Shown one piece after another: positions 7,557-16,784 of a DNA stretch of 18,251 nucleotides (its first letter is position 1; each line of letters opens with the position of its first letter). Both the position numbers and the translations under genes were made by a program. The stretch covers positions 1 to 18,251 of the forward strand of contig JAZGFI010000194.1 of NCBI GenBank assembly GCA_036479435.1, written 5' to 3'. A model generated the notes under the pieces. That model ran no database searches. It had not been told where the DNA came from and worked only from the letters and a program-made list of their open reading frames with translations. Source of the stretch: Planctomycetota bacterium. GTDB taxonomy: Bacteria; Planctomycetota; GCA-002687715; DRQF01.

Positions 7557-7838
7557 CTAAATGATCTCGATACTGAAGTCGGCGAGTTCGGCGTCTCCGT
7601 ATTCCTCGACGAAGTTGACGATTTTTTGGCAAACACTTTGCAGGAACTGCGCGTCGTTGCCGACCGTGGCGACTCCCAGCACGGCACTGCGCCAAATGTC
7701 GTTGTCCGCAACTTCGGCCACGCTGACGTTGAAGCGCTGCCCGATTTTTTGCTTCAAGCCCTTAATGGCTCGACGCTTGTCCTTCAGGCTGTTGGCCCAA
7801 GGAATCGACAGTTCAAGCTGAATGATCCCGATTAACAC
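7557..7838 (-). CDS. DUF503 (YlxP-like) protein
   Basis: SLKDKRR...RFNVSVAEV...D-x-W...LGVATVGND motif, and the typical location between infB and rbfA. Confidence 0.93.
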   Translation of the reverse strand: MLIGIIQLELSIPWANSLKDKRRAIKGLKQKIGQRFNVSVAEVADNDIWRSAVLGVATVGNDAQFLQSVCQKIVNFVEEYGDAELADFSIEII

Positions 7839-7908
7839 ATTGATAATTCAAGCTGTATGGTCTCGATCAACACCACAAGAGCTCAATTCGCATGGTTCCG
7901 ATCAACCG

Positions 7909-7960
7909 AAAAAACGTTGGGCCGCAACACGGCAGGTGTGTTGCGGCCCGACTTTGTTTT
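7909..7960. terminator. Strong hairpin after infB, possibly a bidirectional terminator or mRNA-stabilising stem
   Basis: Stem GTTGGGCCGCAACAC (7916-7930) / GTGTTGCGGCCCGAC (7938-7952), with an A6 run to the left and TTTGTTTT to the right. Confidence 0.7.
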
Positions 7961-10756
7961 CTAATCGCTGAGCGTGCGTTTGATCTTCTCGATTTCGTAG
8001 GGCTCGATGATGTCGCCGACTTTGATGTCATCAAAGCCTTCCAGGCGAACACCACACTCTTGACCGTCCTTCATTTCCTTCACGTCGTCTTTGACGTGGC
8101 GGAGGGAAGCGATCTTGCCTTCGAAAATGACGATGCCATCGCGAGTGAGCCGCGCGCGCGCAATGCTGCGGATGAGTCCATCGGAAACCTGGCAACCGGC
8201 AATCGTGCCGACGCGCGAAACCTTGAAGATCTTGTTGACTTCGAGGTGCCCCGTGATGGTCTCTCGTTCCTCGGGAGCGAGCTTGCCCTCAAGGGCCAAC
8301 TTGAGCTCATCGAGAAGGTTGTAGATGACGCTATAGTGGCGAATCTCAACGCCTTTTTCGTCCGCCAAACGGCGGGCGGTAGCACTGTCGGTGACGTGGA
8401 AGCCGAGGATGATGGCGTCCGAGGCGTCAGCCAAGGTGACGTCGGTATCGGTCACCCCGCCTACGGCGGAGTGAATGATCTTCGGTTCAACTTCAGCGTG
8501 CTCGAGTTCTTTGATGGTCTTTTTCAAGACCTCCAAGGACCCCACCGTATCGGCTTTGACAATGAGCTGCACCTGAGCGGTGGTGGCTCTTTTGAGAAGC
8601 CCTTCGAGGCCACTGGCGGTTGAGGCGCCAAGGCGCTGATCGCGCAGGACTCGCTGGCGCTCTTCTGCCAGCTGCTTGGCCTTCGCCATGTCCCTAACGA
8701 CGAAGAACCTCTCACCGGCGGCCGGTAGCTCGGCGAGACCCGAGACTTCGACCGGGACGGCGGGGCCAGCTTCTTTGAGCATCTTGCCGTCGGAATCTTT
8801 GATGGCTTTGACTTTGCCAAAGACGTGACCGACCAAGTAGCTGTCGCCGCGACTCAGGGTACCGTCGGTAATGATTACCCGGGCGACGTTGCCCTCGCCC
8901 TTTTTCTGCAAGGACTCGATGACCGTTCCCACCGCCGGTCGCGTCGGGTCTGCTTTGAGATCGAGGATCTCGGTGACGAGCGAAAGGTACTCGAGCAAAC
9001 TGTCGATGCCAGCACCGGTGACCGCCGAAACTTCCACACAGACGGTGTCGCCACCCCAATCTTCCGGCTGGAGGCCAAGACCGGAGAGCTGCTGTTTGAC
9101 CTGTGCCGGGTTGGCGTCGGGTTTGTCACACTTGTTGATCGCCACAATGATCTGAGCGTCGGCGGCTTTGGCGTGAGCGATGGCCTCTTCGGTTTGAGGC
9201 ATGACGCCATCGTCAGCCGCAACCACCAAGACCACGACGTCCGTGACGTTGGCGCCACGCGCCCGCATGTCGGTAAACGCTCGGTGACCCGGTGTATCGA
9301 GAAAGACCACGGGGCCGCCATCGGTTTCGACGCGGTAAGCACCGATGTGCTGGGTGATGCCACCGTCTTCTTTGTCCGCCACTCGCGATTTGCGAATGAA
9401 GTCGAGGAGAGAGGTCTTGCCGTGATCGACGTGGCCGAGGAAGGTGACGATCGGAGCCCTGGGCTCCATGTCGTCCGTGTCGCTTTCGAAGGACTCGACT
9501 TCCTCGCTGACGAACTCCTTTTCCAAGTCTTTTTCGTCTTGGATTTGGATTTCACACTCGAATTCGAGCGAGATCGTTTCGAGTAGGTCATTGTCGAGCT
9601 GAGAGTTGATGCTCAAGAACATGCCGTGGTTCTTGAGCAACTTCTCGATGATCATCCCCGACTTGACGCCCATCGCGGCGGACAGAGTCTTGATGTTGAT
9701 CGGCAGCTGAACCATGCAGTCCTTGGGCTTGATCTCCACGGCCTGGCGCTTGGGCTGCTGCATACGCGGCTGATTGCCGCCGCGTCCGCCGCGTCCACCG
9801 CCGCCAGGGCCTCCGCGCCCGGGGCCGCCACCGAAGCGACCGCCGCCACCGCGTTGGGGAGCGCGCACAAAAGTGCGTTTGCTGCCCGACGACTTGGTCT
9901 GGATCATTCCGGGAGGATCGCCCGGAGTTCCGGTACCCGGCCGACTGCCCGGTGCGTTGCTGCGTCCTCGCGTCGTCGGGGCTCTTCTGGCGATCGGAAT
10001 CTCTTTGTGCCCCAAGATCTGGGCTTGGCGGCGCTGCGGCAACTCTCGGGTCGGTTTGCGATCCGACATTGAGTTGGCCGATTTCGAGACGACCGTACTA
10101 GAGTCAGTCGGCGAAACCAGGTTGATCTGTCGCGGTTGGACGGATTCTTCGGCTGGTGCCTCTTCTTCCTCTGGGGTCTCCGGGGTCAGCGGTTGCGGCA
10201 GGGCGTTCACGACCGAGCCCGCGATAGACTCAGTGGAGACCGAAAGGACTCGTCCTGTTCGCGCCAATTCCCGGGCCTCGGCCTCAGCAATTTCGTTCTC
10301 GCGCGCACGAGCGGCTTCGCCACTGATGTCTGGCGGCGTCAACGCGTCGAAAGATCTTTCGTCGCTAGCAATGGCAGGCTCGGCGCTGGCCGAAGGAAGA
10401 TAGCCCTCTTCGGCTACCTCGTCCCCAGCTACTAGCCCTTCGGCCTCAGTGGCTCCTGCCTCTGCGGCTTCTTTCTTGGCCTGAGCGACTTCTTTTTTAG
10501 CTTTGGCGACGGCCATTTTTTGTTTGGCGTCTTCGAGAACCGCGGCTTCGGCGGCAGCCTTGTCAGCTGCCTCCTTGTCCTTCTCCTCTTGGGAGGGCGG
10601 AGCGGTCTGCAAGAAGGCGCGAATCATGTTCGCGTCGGCTTCCGAAAGCGACGCCATGTGGTTGGCGATCTCAACTCCGTGGTTGAGCGCCTCCGTCATG
10701 ATGTCCTTCGAGGTGACACCGAGTTCCTTCGCCAATTTATGTACGCGAATGGGCAT
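7961..10756 (-). CDS. infB: Translation initiation factor IF-2
   Basis: N-terminal IRVHKLAKELG, G-domain GHVDHGKTSLLD, GGITQHIGAY, DTPGH, NKCD, and C-terminal ECG...GDIIE. Confidence 0.99.
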   Translation of the reverse strand: MPIRVHKLAKELGVTSKDIMTEALNHGVEIANHMASLSEADANMIRAFLQTAPPSQEEKDKEAADKAAAEAAVLEDAKQKMAVAKAKKEVAQAKKEAAEAGATEAEGLVAGDEVAEEGYLPSASAEPAIASDERSFDALTPPDISGEAARARENEIAEAEARELARTGRVLSVSTESIAGSVVNALPQPLTPETPEEEEAPAEESVQPRQINLVSPTDSSTVVSKSANSMSDRKPTRELPQRRQAQILGHKEIPIARRAPTTRGRSNAPGSRPGTGTPGDPPGMIQTKSSGSKRTFVRAPQRGGGGRFGGGPGRGGPGGGGRGGRGGNQPRMQQPKRQAVEIKPKDCMVQLPINIKTLSAAMGVKSGMIIEKLLKNHGMFLSINSQLDNDLLETISLEFECEIQIQDEKDLEKEFVSEEVESFESDTDDMEPRAPIVTFLGHVDHGKTSLLDFIRKSRVADKEDGGITQHIGAYRVETDGGPVVFLDTPGHRAFTDMRARGANVTDVVVLVVAADDGVMPQTEEAIAHAKAADAQIIVAINKCDKPDANPAQVKQQLSGLGLQPEDWGGDTVCVEVSAVTGAGIDSLLEYLSLVTEILDLKADPTRPAVGTVIESLQKKGEGNVARVIITDGTLSRGDSYLVGHVFGKVKAIKDSDGKMLKEAGPAVPVEVSGLAELPAAGERFFVVRDMAKAKQLAEERQRVLRDQRLGASTASGLEGLLKRATTAQVQLIVKADTVGSLEVLKKTIKELEHAEVEPKIIHSAVGGVTDTDVTLADASDAIILGFHVTDSATARRLADEKGVEIRHYSVIYNLLDELKLALEGKLAPEERETITGHLEVNKIFKVSRVGTIAGCQVSDGLIRSIARARLTRDGIVIFEGKIASLRHVKDDVKEMKDGQECGVRLEGFDDIKVGDIIEPYEIEKIKRTLSD

Positions 10757-10772
10757 ACGATGAGGATTCTCT

Positions 10773-12221
10773 CTAAGGTCTCTCGGGTGAATCGCTGTCT
10801 TCGACGCGACTATCGCCCGAAGTGTCAGGCGTCGTCTCTGCGGATTCCTCCGCGGCGTCGTCGCCTCCCAGGTTTTCGTCCGCGTCTTGGGTCGTCGCGT
10901 CGTCGGCCGAGGATTCGGTCGATGCTGGGCTGTCGTCTTTACCGGTCAAAAAAGCACGCGCAGCGTCCTCTTGGGCGCTGTCGCTTTTCGTCTCTGCCGA
11001 CTCATCGCTGGCCATGATCTTCTGAGCGGCTTGTGCCAAAGGATCGTGATCGTCGTCTTTGTTGCTGTCGGCGGCGGTTGTGGCGGCGGCGCCAGCCAGG
11101 GCCAGCTTGGCCATTTCCGCCAAGGGATCGTGATCATCGGCTGGCGTGTCTTCGGCCGATTCGATAGCGCTCGGAGCGACGGGCGTAATCGGCGCCGTGA
11201 TCTCACCGCCTTCGCGGAACTGCTCCAAGATGCGCTTTTCGTTGTCGGAGAGCGCGGCACCCTTGTCTTCGCCGCGGCGGGAGTTGCCACCCGGCGAGGT
11301 GATGTTCACATCCCAGCCCGTGAGGCGCGCGGCGAGCCGGACGTTCTGACCGCGTTTGCCGATGGCCAGGGAAAGTTGGTCTTCGGATACCGTGACCACG
11401 GCTTCCCCGGTGTCGTCATCGAGCGTGATCGAGATGATCTCCGCTGGCTTCAAGGCGTTCATGATCAAGACTTCGGGCGACTCGCTCCAGCGAATGATGT
11501 CGATCTTTTCGCCATTTAGCTCGTCGATGACATTGCGAATACGCGACCCACGAATTCCGACACAGGCTCCGACGCAGTCGACTTTGGAGTCGTAGGAGAC
11601 GACAGCCAATTTGGTGCGAAAACCGGGCTCTCGGGCCAGGCCTTTGACTTCGATGACGTGATCAGCAATCTCGGGGATCTCGAGTTCGAAGAGCCGGCGA
11701 ATCAAGTCCGGGTGGGTGCGCGACAACACGATGCGAACGCGTTGGCCAACTTTGCGGACGTCGGCGATGACGCAGCGGATGCGGTCGCCGGGGTTGTAGG
11801 TTTCGGTGCGCACGCGCTCGTGGCGCGGCATGATCGCCTCGGCCTTGTTGAGGTCGATGATGACAGCTTCGCCCTCAAAGCGTTGCACGGTTCCGTTGAC
11901 TAGCTGGCCGCGACGGCCCTCGTACTCGTTGAAGACGACATCCTGCTCGGCTTCGCGGATCTTTTGGATCATGACCTGCTTGGCCGTTTGAGCCGCAATT
12001 CGGCCCAAAGTCGCGGTGTCAATGAGTTTGCCGTCGCGGAACCCGATGATTTCACCAGATTCGCGGTCGACCGAAATATCGAGTTCGATCGCTTCGTCGT
12101 ATTTTTTACGCGCCGCGGCGATCATCGCCGTCTCTAGACCCTCAAACAGGATCTCGGCGTCGAGCTCTTTCTCGCGAGCGAGAGCTCCGATGATCTTTAC
12201 GACTTCGGCACCTTCGGCCAT
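10773..12221 (-). CDS. nusA: Transcription elongation/termination factor NusA with a long acidic C-terminal extension
   Basis: GRIAAQTAKQV, S1 domain, AREPGFRTK, VGACVGIRGSRI, EKIDII, LSLAIGKRGQNVRLAARLTGW. Confidence 0.99.
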   Translation of the reverse strand: MAEGAEVVKIIGALAREKELDAEILFEGLETAMIAAARKKYDEAIELDISVDRESGEIIGFRDGKLIDTATLGRIAAQTAKQVMIQKIREAEQDVVFNEYEGRRGQLVNGTVQRFEGEAVIIDLNKAEAIMPRHERVRTETYNPGDRIRCVIADVRKVGQRVRIVLSRTHPDLIRRLFELEIPEIADHVIEVKGLAREPGFRTKLAVVSYDSKVDCVGACVGIRGSRIRNVIDELNGEKIDIIRWSESPEVLIMNALKPAEIISITLDDDTGEAVVTVSEDQLSLAIGKRGQNVRLAARLTGWDVNITSPGGNSRRGEDKGAALSDNEKRILEQFREGGEITAPITPVAPSAIESAEDTPADDHDPLAEMAKLALAGAAATTAADSNKDDDHDPLAQAAQKIMASDESAETKSDSAQEDAARAFLTGKDDSPASTESSADDATTQDADENLGGDDAAEESAETTPDTSGDSRVEDSDSPERP

Positions 12222-12332
12222 TATTGACCCTCATTCTGCCGGCGACTTAGTCGCCGGGTTTATCGCCACCGGGTCGATGAATCGACCCTTGCCAGTCACT
12301 GCGCCGTGCGGTCTTGGGTCTGAGCACCCAAC

Positions 12333-12357
12333 AAAAAAAGCCGGAAGACCGACTTTT
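12333..12357 (-). promoter_or_regulatory. Terminator-like attenuator hairpin in the nusA leader (rimP-leader-like)
   Basis: Minus strand AAAAGTCGG-TCTT-CCGGCTTTTTTT, about 110 nt upstream of the nusA start. Position and form match the leader hairpins known upstream of rimP-nusA-infB operons. Confidence 0.65.
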
Positions 12358-12772
12358 CACGGCGGCTCATCCGCCGGGGATCTTTTGGATCCATGGCGGT
12401 GGCCGCGAGTGTCCGGGACCGAGGGCTTAATTCGGAGCCGAAACTCGAAGAGGGAAACCGAGTGAGGGAACTTAGTCGCGCATGCGTCTCTCCCCTCCGC
12501 GCACTTGGCGCGGGGCGTCCATCTGACCACGGGACTTTCCCGCAGCCGGCCCGCCGGGCAAGGGAAAATCCCTCGTCCGCCGAGAATGAGCAAGGCGAAA
12601 TTAACGCCCTAAGCGCCCTGATGCCAGGGGGCGGACTGAAGTTCCTGCAAGTACCTCGTGAATATGATAATGATTGATAATTGGCTGCGAGGCGAGGCTT
12701 GTGGATTAGGGTCAATAGCCTTAACCTTATGCAGTGTTGAGGTTTGTCGCGATCAGCGGCCTCGGAGATGCG

Positions 12773-14146
12773 ATGACCAAATCAACTGGAATGTCGCTTA
12801 AGTGGACTATGTGCGGCCTCGCCTTTATCGCACTGGTCAGTGCTTTGCTCGCCTGGCTCTTCGTGCAGCTATGGACTCAGCACCTCGCTGAGCAAGAATC
12901 ACGCTATTTTCGAGACCAGGGATTTGGCCGAGCTCAGGCCATCAAGGAAGAATTGGATCGCCATCTGGAGGCTCAGCTCATCCGCGAGCATTTCCGGCCC
13001 TACCGCGAGTGGCGAACTATTTTTCCCCAGGTGTTTCGAGGACTCGAACGACAGATCAGCTCATCTTCGGCCCTTGCGGCCAATGAAATCAGCCTGATCG
13101 ACCCCCGCCAGCGCGACCTCGCCGCGGGCTTCGACGGCACGGTGGTGACCATCGGGGAGACTTTTGCTCCCTATCCCGAATCCGGCGAGCGACTCGGCAG
13201 CATCACGATTGCCGTCGAGCGGCGCGACGGCACCACCTTGGTGATTGCGTGGGGGCCATTGAAGGCGCCCGAGGGCAGTCCCGAAGACCTAAAAGCGATT
13301 GGTTTCGCCTTTCGCTGCGTGCTCCGGTACCAGTCGCCATCGCTTGGCGATCGTGGCGGCACCTTCGCCGCGCTGCTCGTTTGCTCTTACCTCGTCATGC
13401 TGTGGTTGATCGTCATGGTCGTCTACTACCTCGAGCGACGACGGATGGGTTTGAAAATGCAAGGCCAAGAGAAGTCGATCCGCCTCAATGCGATGGCCCA
13501 AATCGCCGAGGGTATTGCCCATGAGGTGCGCAACCCCCTCAACGGCATTTCCTTGAATGTGCAGTACTTAGAGAAACTGCAAGAGAAAGGCGCGAGCCCT
13601 TCGAGTGAAGACTATCACCGCGTTTACGGCGAGCTCACCAAGATCAAGAACGTCATTGACGACTTCGTCACTTTTTCCCGTCTCGAAGACATCGAACTCG
13701 AGTCGTTTTCGTTCGCGGAGGTCGTGGACGATGTGCTGCGCGAGATGGAGCCGTTTTCCAATGACATCGGGGTCAAGCTCGATCGAAAGGACCGCCGCGA
13801 AACGGACTTTCGGGGCGACCGAGCGAAGCTGTCCCAAGCCCTGAAGGCCGTGATTCGGAACGCTTTGGAAGCCTTGGCGGGGGAGGACGGCGAAAGAGTG
13901 ATGAAGCTGCGGCTCGACAGCGATCGCAGCTTCGTGAGCTGCTCCGTGGAGAATGGGGGCGAGACTCTGGAGCCGGAAGTCCTGAAATCGATGTTTGATC
14001 CCTTTTATACCACGCGCTCTTCGGCGATGGGGCTCGGTCTTACCCTGGCCAAGACCATCGTTGAGGCCCATGGCGGCACCATTGAGGCGGTTTCGCCTCC
14101 CGGCGGAGGCTGTTGCTTAGATATCTGGCTGCCTCGGCGACTCTGA
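12773..14146 (+). CDS. Membrane sensor histidine kinase (two TM segments, HisKA + HATPase_c)
   Basis: Two hydrophobic segments, H-box IAHEVRNPL, N-box RNALEA, F-box FDPFYTT, G2 box GLGL, and HGGTI. Start placed at ATG 12773 after GGAG. Confidence 0.93.
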   Translation: MTKSTGMSLKWTMCGLAFIALVSALLAWLFVQLWTQHLAEQESRYFRDQGFGRAQAIKEELDRHLEAQLIREHFRPYREWRTIFPQVFRGLERQISSSSALAANEISLIDPRQRDLAAGFDGTVVTIGETFAPYPESGERLGSITIAVERRDGTTLVIAWGPLKAPEGSPEDLKAIGFAFRCVLRYQSPSLGDRGGTFAALLVCSYLVMLWLIVMVVYYLERRRMGLKMQGQEKSIRLNAMAQIAEGIAHEVRNPLNGISLNVQYLEKLQEKGASPSSEDYHRVYGELTKIKNVIDDFVTFSRLEDIELESFSFAEVVDDVLREMEPFSNDIGVKLDRKDRRETDFRGDRAKLSQALKAVIRNALEALAGEDGERVMKLRLDSDRSFVSCSVENGGETLEPEVLKSMFDPFYTTRSSAMGLGLTLAKTIVEAHGGTIEAVSPPGGGCCLDIWLPRRL

Positions 14147-14281
14147 TTCTGGGTGGGGCGGCAAGAATACGAATTCCGGCTATGATGCGGCCCTAGTCCC
14201 AGCAATAGTCGATGACTTGGTCACGTGGCCAGTTCTATCTCGGCTGGCGTGGATGGGAACGCCGGGACAAGAGGGTTGTCC

Positions 14282-15694
14282 GTGCATGCCGCACGCATCT
14301 TGATCGTCGACGATGACCGCGCCCAGGCGGAAGCGCTTCGGCGTGTTCTCGCTATCGACGGTTTTGACGCTATCGCCGTCGATTCACCTTCTGCGGCTCT
14401 AGAAGAGCTTGGCCGCCGGGTGCCCGCCGCTATCGTTTCCGACTTTCGAATGGGCTCGATGAGCGGCCTCGATCTTTATCATCGCGTCTGCCAAGACCAT
14501 CCCGACATGCTCTTCATCATCGCGACAGGGTTTGGTTCTTTGGATACCGCGGTGAAAGCCCTTAAGGCCGGCGTCCACGATTTTTTGACCAAGCCGGTCG
14601 ATACCGATGAACTCGTCATCAAGTTGCGCAAAGCCCTCAAGCTAAAGACCCTTGAGAATGAGAATGTCCAGCTAAAAAAGAGACTCAGTCGTCTTGGCGG
14701 CATGGAGATTATCGCTCGATCCTCAGCGATGCTCTCCGTTCTTGCGGACATCGAACACATCGCGCCCAGTTCGGCGACGGTATTGATCAGCGGCGAAAGC
14801 GGGACCGGCAAGGAAATGGTGGCGCGTACTCTCCATTCGAAGAGTCCGCGCGTCGATGGCAACTACGTCAAGGTCAATTGCGCCGCGATTCCGGAGAATC
14901 TCCTCGAGACAGAACTCTTCGGCCATGAGATCGGAGCCTTCACCGGCGCGGTTGCGAAGCGCGACGGGAAGTTCAAGATCGCAGACGGCGGCACCATTTT
15001 TCTGGATGAGATCGGCGAGATGCCGATCCACTTGCAGCCGAAGATTTTGCGCGTCTTGCAGGAGCGGGAATTTGAGCCGGTCGGGAGCAACGAGGTCGTC
15101 CGCGTCGACGTGAGAGTCGTGGCGGCGACGAATCGCGACCTGAAAGAAATGGTCGAGGCGGGCGACTTTCGCGAGGATCTTTTTTATCGCCTCAACGTCA
15201 TCCCGATGGACTTGCCGCCGTTGCGAGTGCGTATGGAGGATCTCGAACCCCTCGCCCAGCACTTTCTCCGCAAGTTTTGCGAGCAGAATGGCCGGGAGTT
15301 GGGACCCTTGAGCCAAGAAGCTTTGGCCCGTCTCGCCAGCTATGAATGGCCTGGCAACGTCCGTGAGCTTGAAAACTGCATGGAGCGCGCCGTCGTGATG
15401 GCACGTGGGGCGCAGCTGCAAGCTAGTGATTTCGCCCTCGGAAGCCAACGTAAGGACGGGGTTGCTACCGAGATCCTGAATCAGATCATTCATACCGATC
15501 TGACCTTGGATGAAGTCGAAAGGGCGCTCATCATGATGGCGTTGGATCACTGCCAAGGAAACGTCTCCCAGGCGGCTCGGGTTCTGGGCTTGACGCGCCG
15601 GACGCTCCAGTACCGTCTTGAGAAAATGCGCGGGCCAGAAACCGCCGAGAACAGCTCCGCGGAAAGCCCAGATGATGGCCTCAAAGATGACTGA
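14282..15694 (+). CDS. Sigma-54-dependent response regulator (NtrC/AtoC family: REC-AAA+-Fis HTH)
   Basis: ILIVDDD, IVSD, LTKP, Walker A GESGTGKE, GAFTGA, FLDEIGE, WPGNVRELEN, GNVSQAARVLG. Start is GTG 14282 or 14225. Confidence 0.96.
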   Translation: MHAARILIVDDDRAQAEALRRVLAIDGFDAIAVDSPSAALEELGRRVPAAIVSDFRMGSMSGLDLYHRVCQDHPDMLFIIATGFGSLDTAVKALKAGVHDFLTKPVDTDELVIKLRKALKLKTLENENVQLKKRLSRLGGMEIIARSSAMLSVLADIEHIAPSSATVLISGESGTGKEMVARTLHSKSPRVDGNYVKVNCAAIPENLLETELFGHEIGAFTGAVAKRDGKFKIADGGTIFLDEIGEMPIHLQPKILRVLQEREFEPVGSNEVVRVDVRVVAATNRDLKEMVEAGDFREDLFYRLNVIPMDLPPLRVRMEDLEPLAQHFLRKFCEQNGRELGPLSQEALARLASYEWPGNVRELENCMERAVVMARGAQLQASDFALGSQRKDGVATEILNQIIHTDLTLDEVERALIMMALDHCQGNVSQAARVLGLTRRTLQYRLEKMRGPETAENSSAESPDDGLKDD

Positions 15695-15920
15695 GAACTC
15701 TTTGCCCGAAAACACCGCGATCTCGCTGACCGTGAACGGTGAGCCGCGATTAGTGGCCGCCGATATTCGGCTTAGCGAGTTGATTGAATCCCTTGGGTTT
15801 TCCGGGCAGAGAATCGCGGCCGAAGTCAATGGCGAGGTCGTGCCGAAGGCGAAGCACCAAAAGTGCCTGCTTCAAGATGGGGACCGCATTGAAATCGTCT
15901 GTTTCGTTGGCGGCGGTTAG
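15687..15920 (+). CDS. thiS: Sulfur carrier protein ThiS
   Basis: VNGE...IAAEVNGEVVPK...GDRIEIVCFVGGG C-terminus, directly upstream of thiG. ATG 15687 overlaps the regulator's last codons. Confidence 0.95.
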   Translation: MTENSLPENTAISLTVNGEPRLVAADIRLSELIESLGFSGQRIAAEVNGEVVPKAKHQKCLLQDGDRIEIVCFVGGG

Positions 15921-15976
15921 TCATAAACTCTAGGTCCTTTGAGCTACATCTTTTTCGGAGTCGATGAGAACCAGCC

Positions 15977-16771
15977 ATGCATGCTGCCGAAGAACCCCTG
16001 CAGATCGGTCGTTTTCAATTCAAATCGCGCCTATTCTTGGGCACCGGTAAGTATCGGACCAACGAAGAGATGGTCGCAAGCTTGCAGGCTTCGGGAACCG
16101 AGTGTGTCACGCTCGCCGTGAGGCGGGTCGACCTCTCTGATCGCTCGAGCGCCAACTTTCTCACTCACATCGACCTTGAACGCTATACATTGTTGCCGAA
16201 CACTGCGGGTTGCTTTAGCGCCGAAGACGCCGTGCGCACAGCTCGCTTGGCCAGAGAGGCTCTGGATACCGAACTCATCAAACTCGAAGTGCTCGCGGAC
16301 CCGAAAACCCTGCTTCCTGAGCCCATCGAGACCCTGGCCGCGACCAAAACCCTGGTCGATGAGGGTTTTACCGTCTTGGCCTACACCTCGGATGATCCGA
16401 TCATGGCGCGGCGCTTGGCAGACCTTGGGGTCGCGAGTGTGATGCCAGCCGGTTCTCCGATCGGGTCCGGACAAGGTGTCTTGAACCCGAACAATATCCG
16501 CATCATTCTCGAGACCGTCGACTTGCCGATCATCGTGGACGCCGGGATTGGAACCGCCTCGGACGCGGCCTTGGCCATGGAGCTTGGAGTAGCCGGCGTC
16601 TTGTTGAATACGGCCGTCGCCTCGGCGCAAGATCCCGTGTGCATGGCGATGGCCATGAAGGATGCGACGACGGCGGGCCGCCGCGCGTTCTTTGCGGGGC
16701 GTATGCCGAAAAAACTGTACGCCAACGCATCCTCGCCAGTGGATGGCGTTATCGCGAGCGCATCGGAGTAG
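15977..16771 (+). CDS. thiG: Thiazole synthase ThiG
   Basis: [51 protein letters not shown]. Confidence 0.98.
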   Translation: MHAAEEPLQIGRFQFKSRLFLGTGKYRTNEEMVASLQASGTECVTLAVRRVDLSDRSSANFLTHIDLERYTLLPNTAGCFSAEDAVRTARLAREALDTELIKLEVLADPKTLLPEPIETLAATKTLVDEGFTVLAYTSDDPIMARRLADLGVASVMPAGSPIGSGQGVLNPNNIRIILETVDLPIIVDAGIGTASDAALAMELGVAGVLLNTAVASAQDPVCMAMAMKDATTAGRRAFFAGRMPKKLYANASSPVDGVIASASE

Positions 16772-16784
16772 AGCCGGAGAAATC

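Noticed and set aside
7501..7695. Long N-terminal extension of rbfA (222-aa ORF)
   Set aside because: It overlaps the DUF503 gene in another frame; RbfA similarity starts at ATG 7500.
12296..12715. 139-aa ORF upstream of nusA as rimP
   Set aside because: No RimP motifs, and it spans the hairpin-rich leader.
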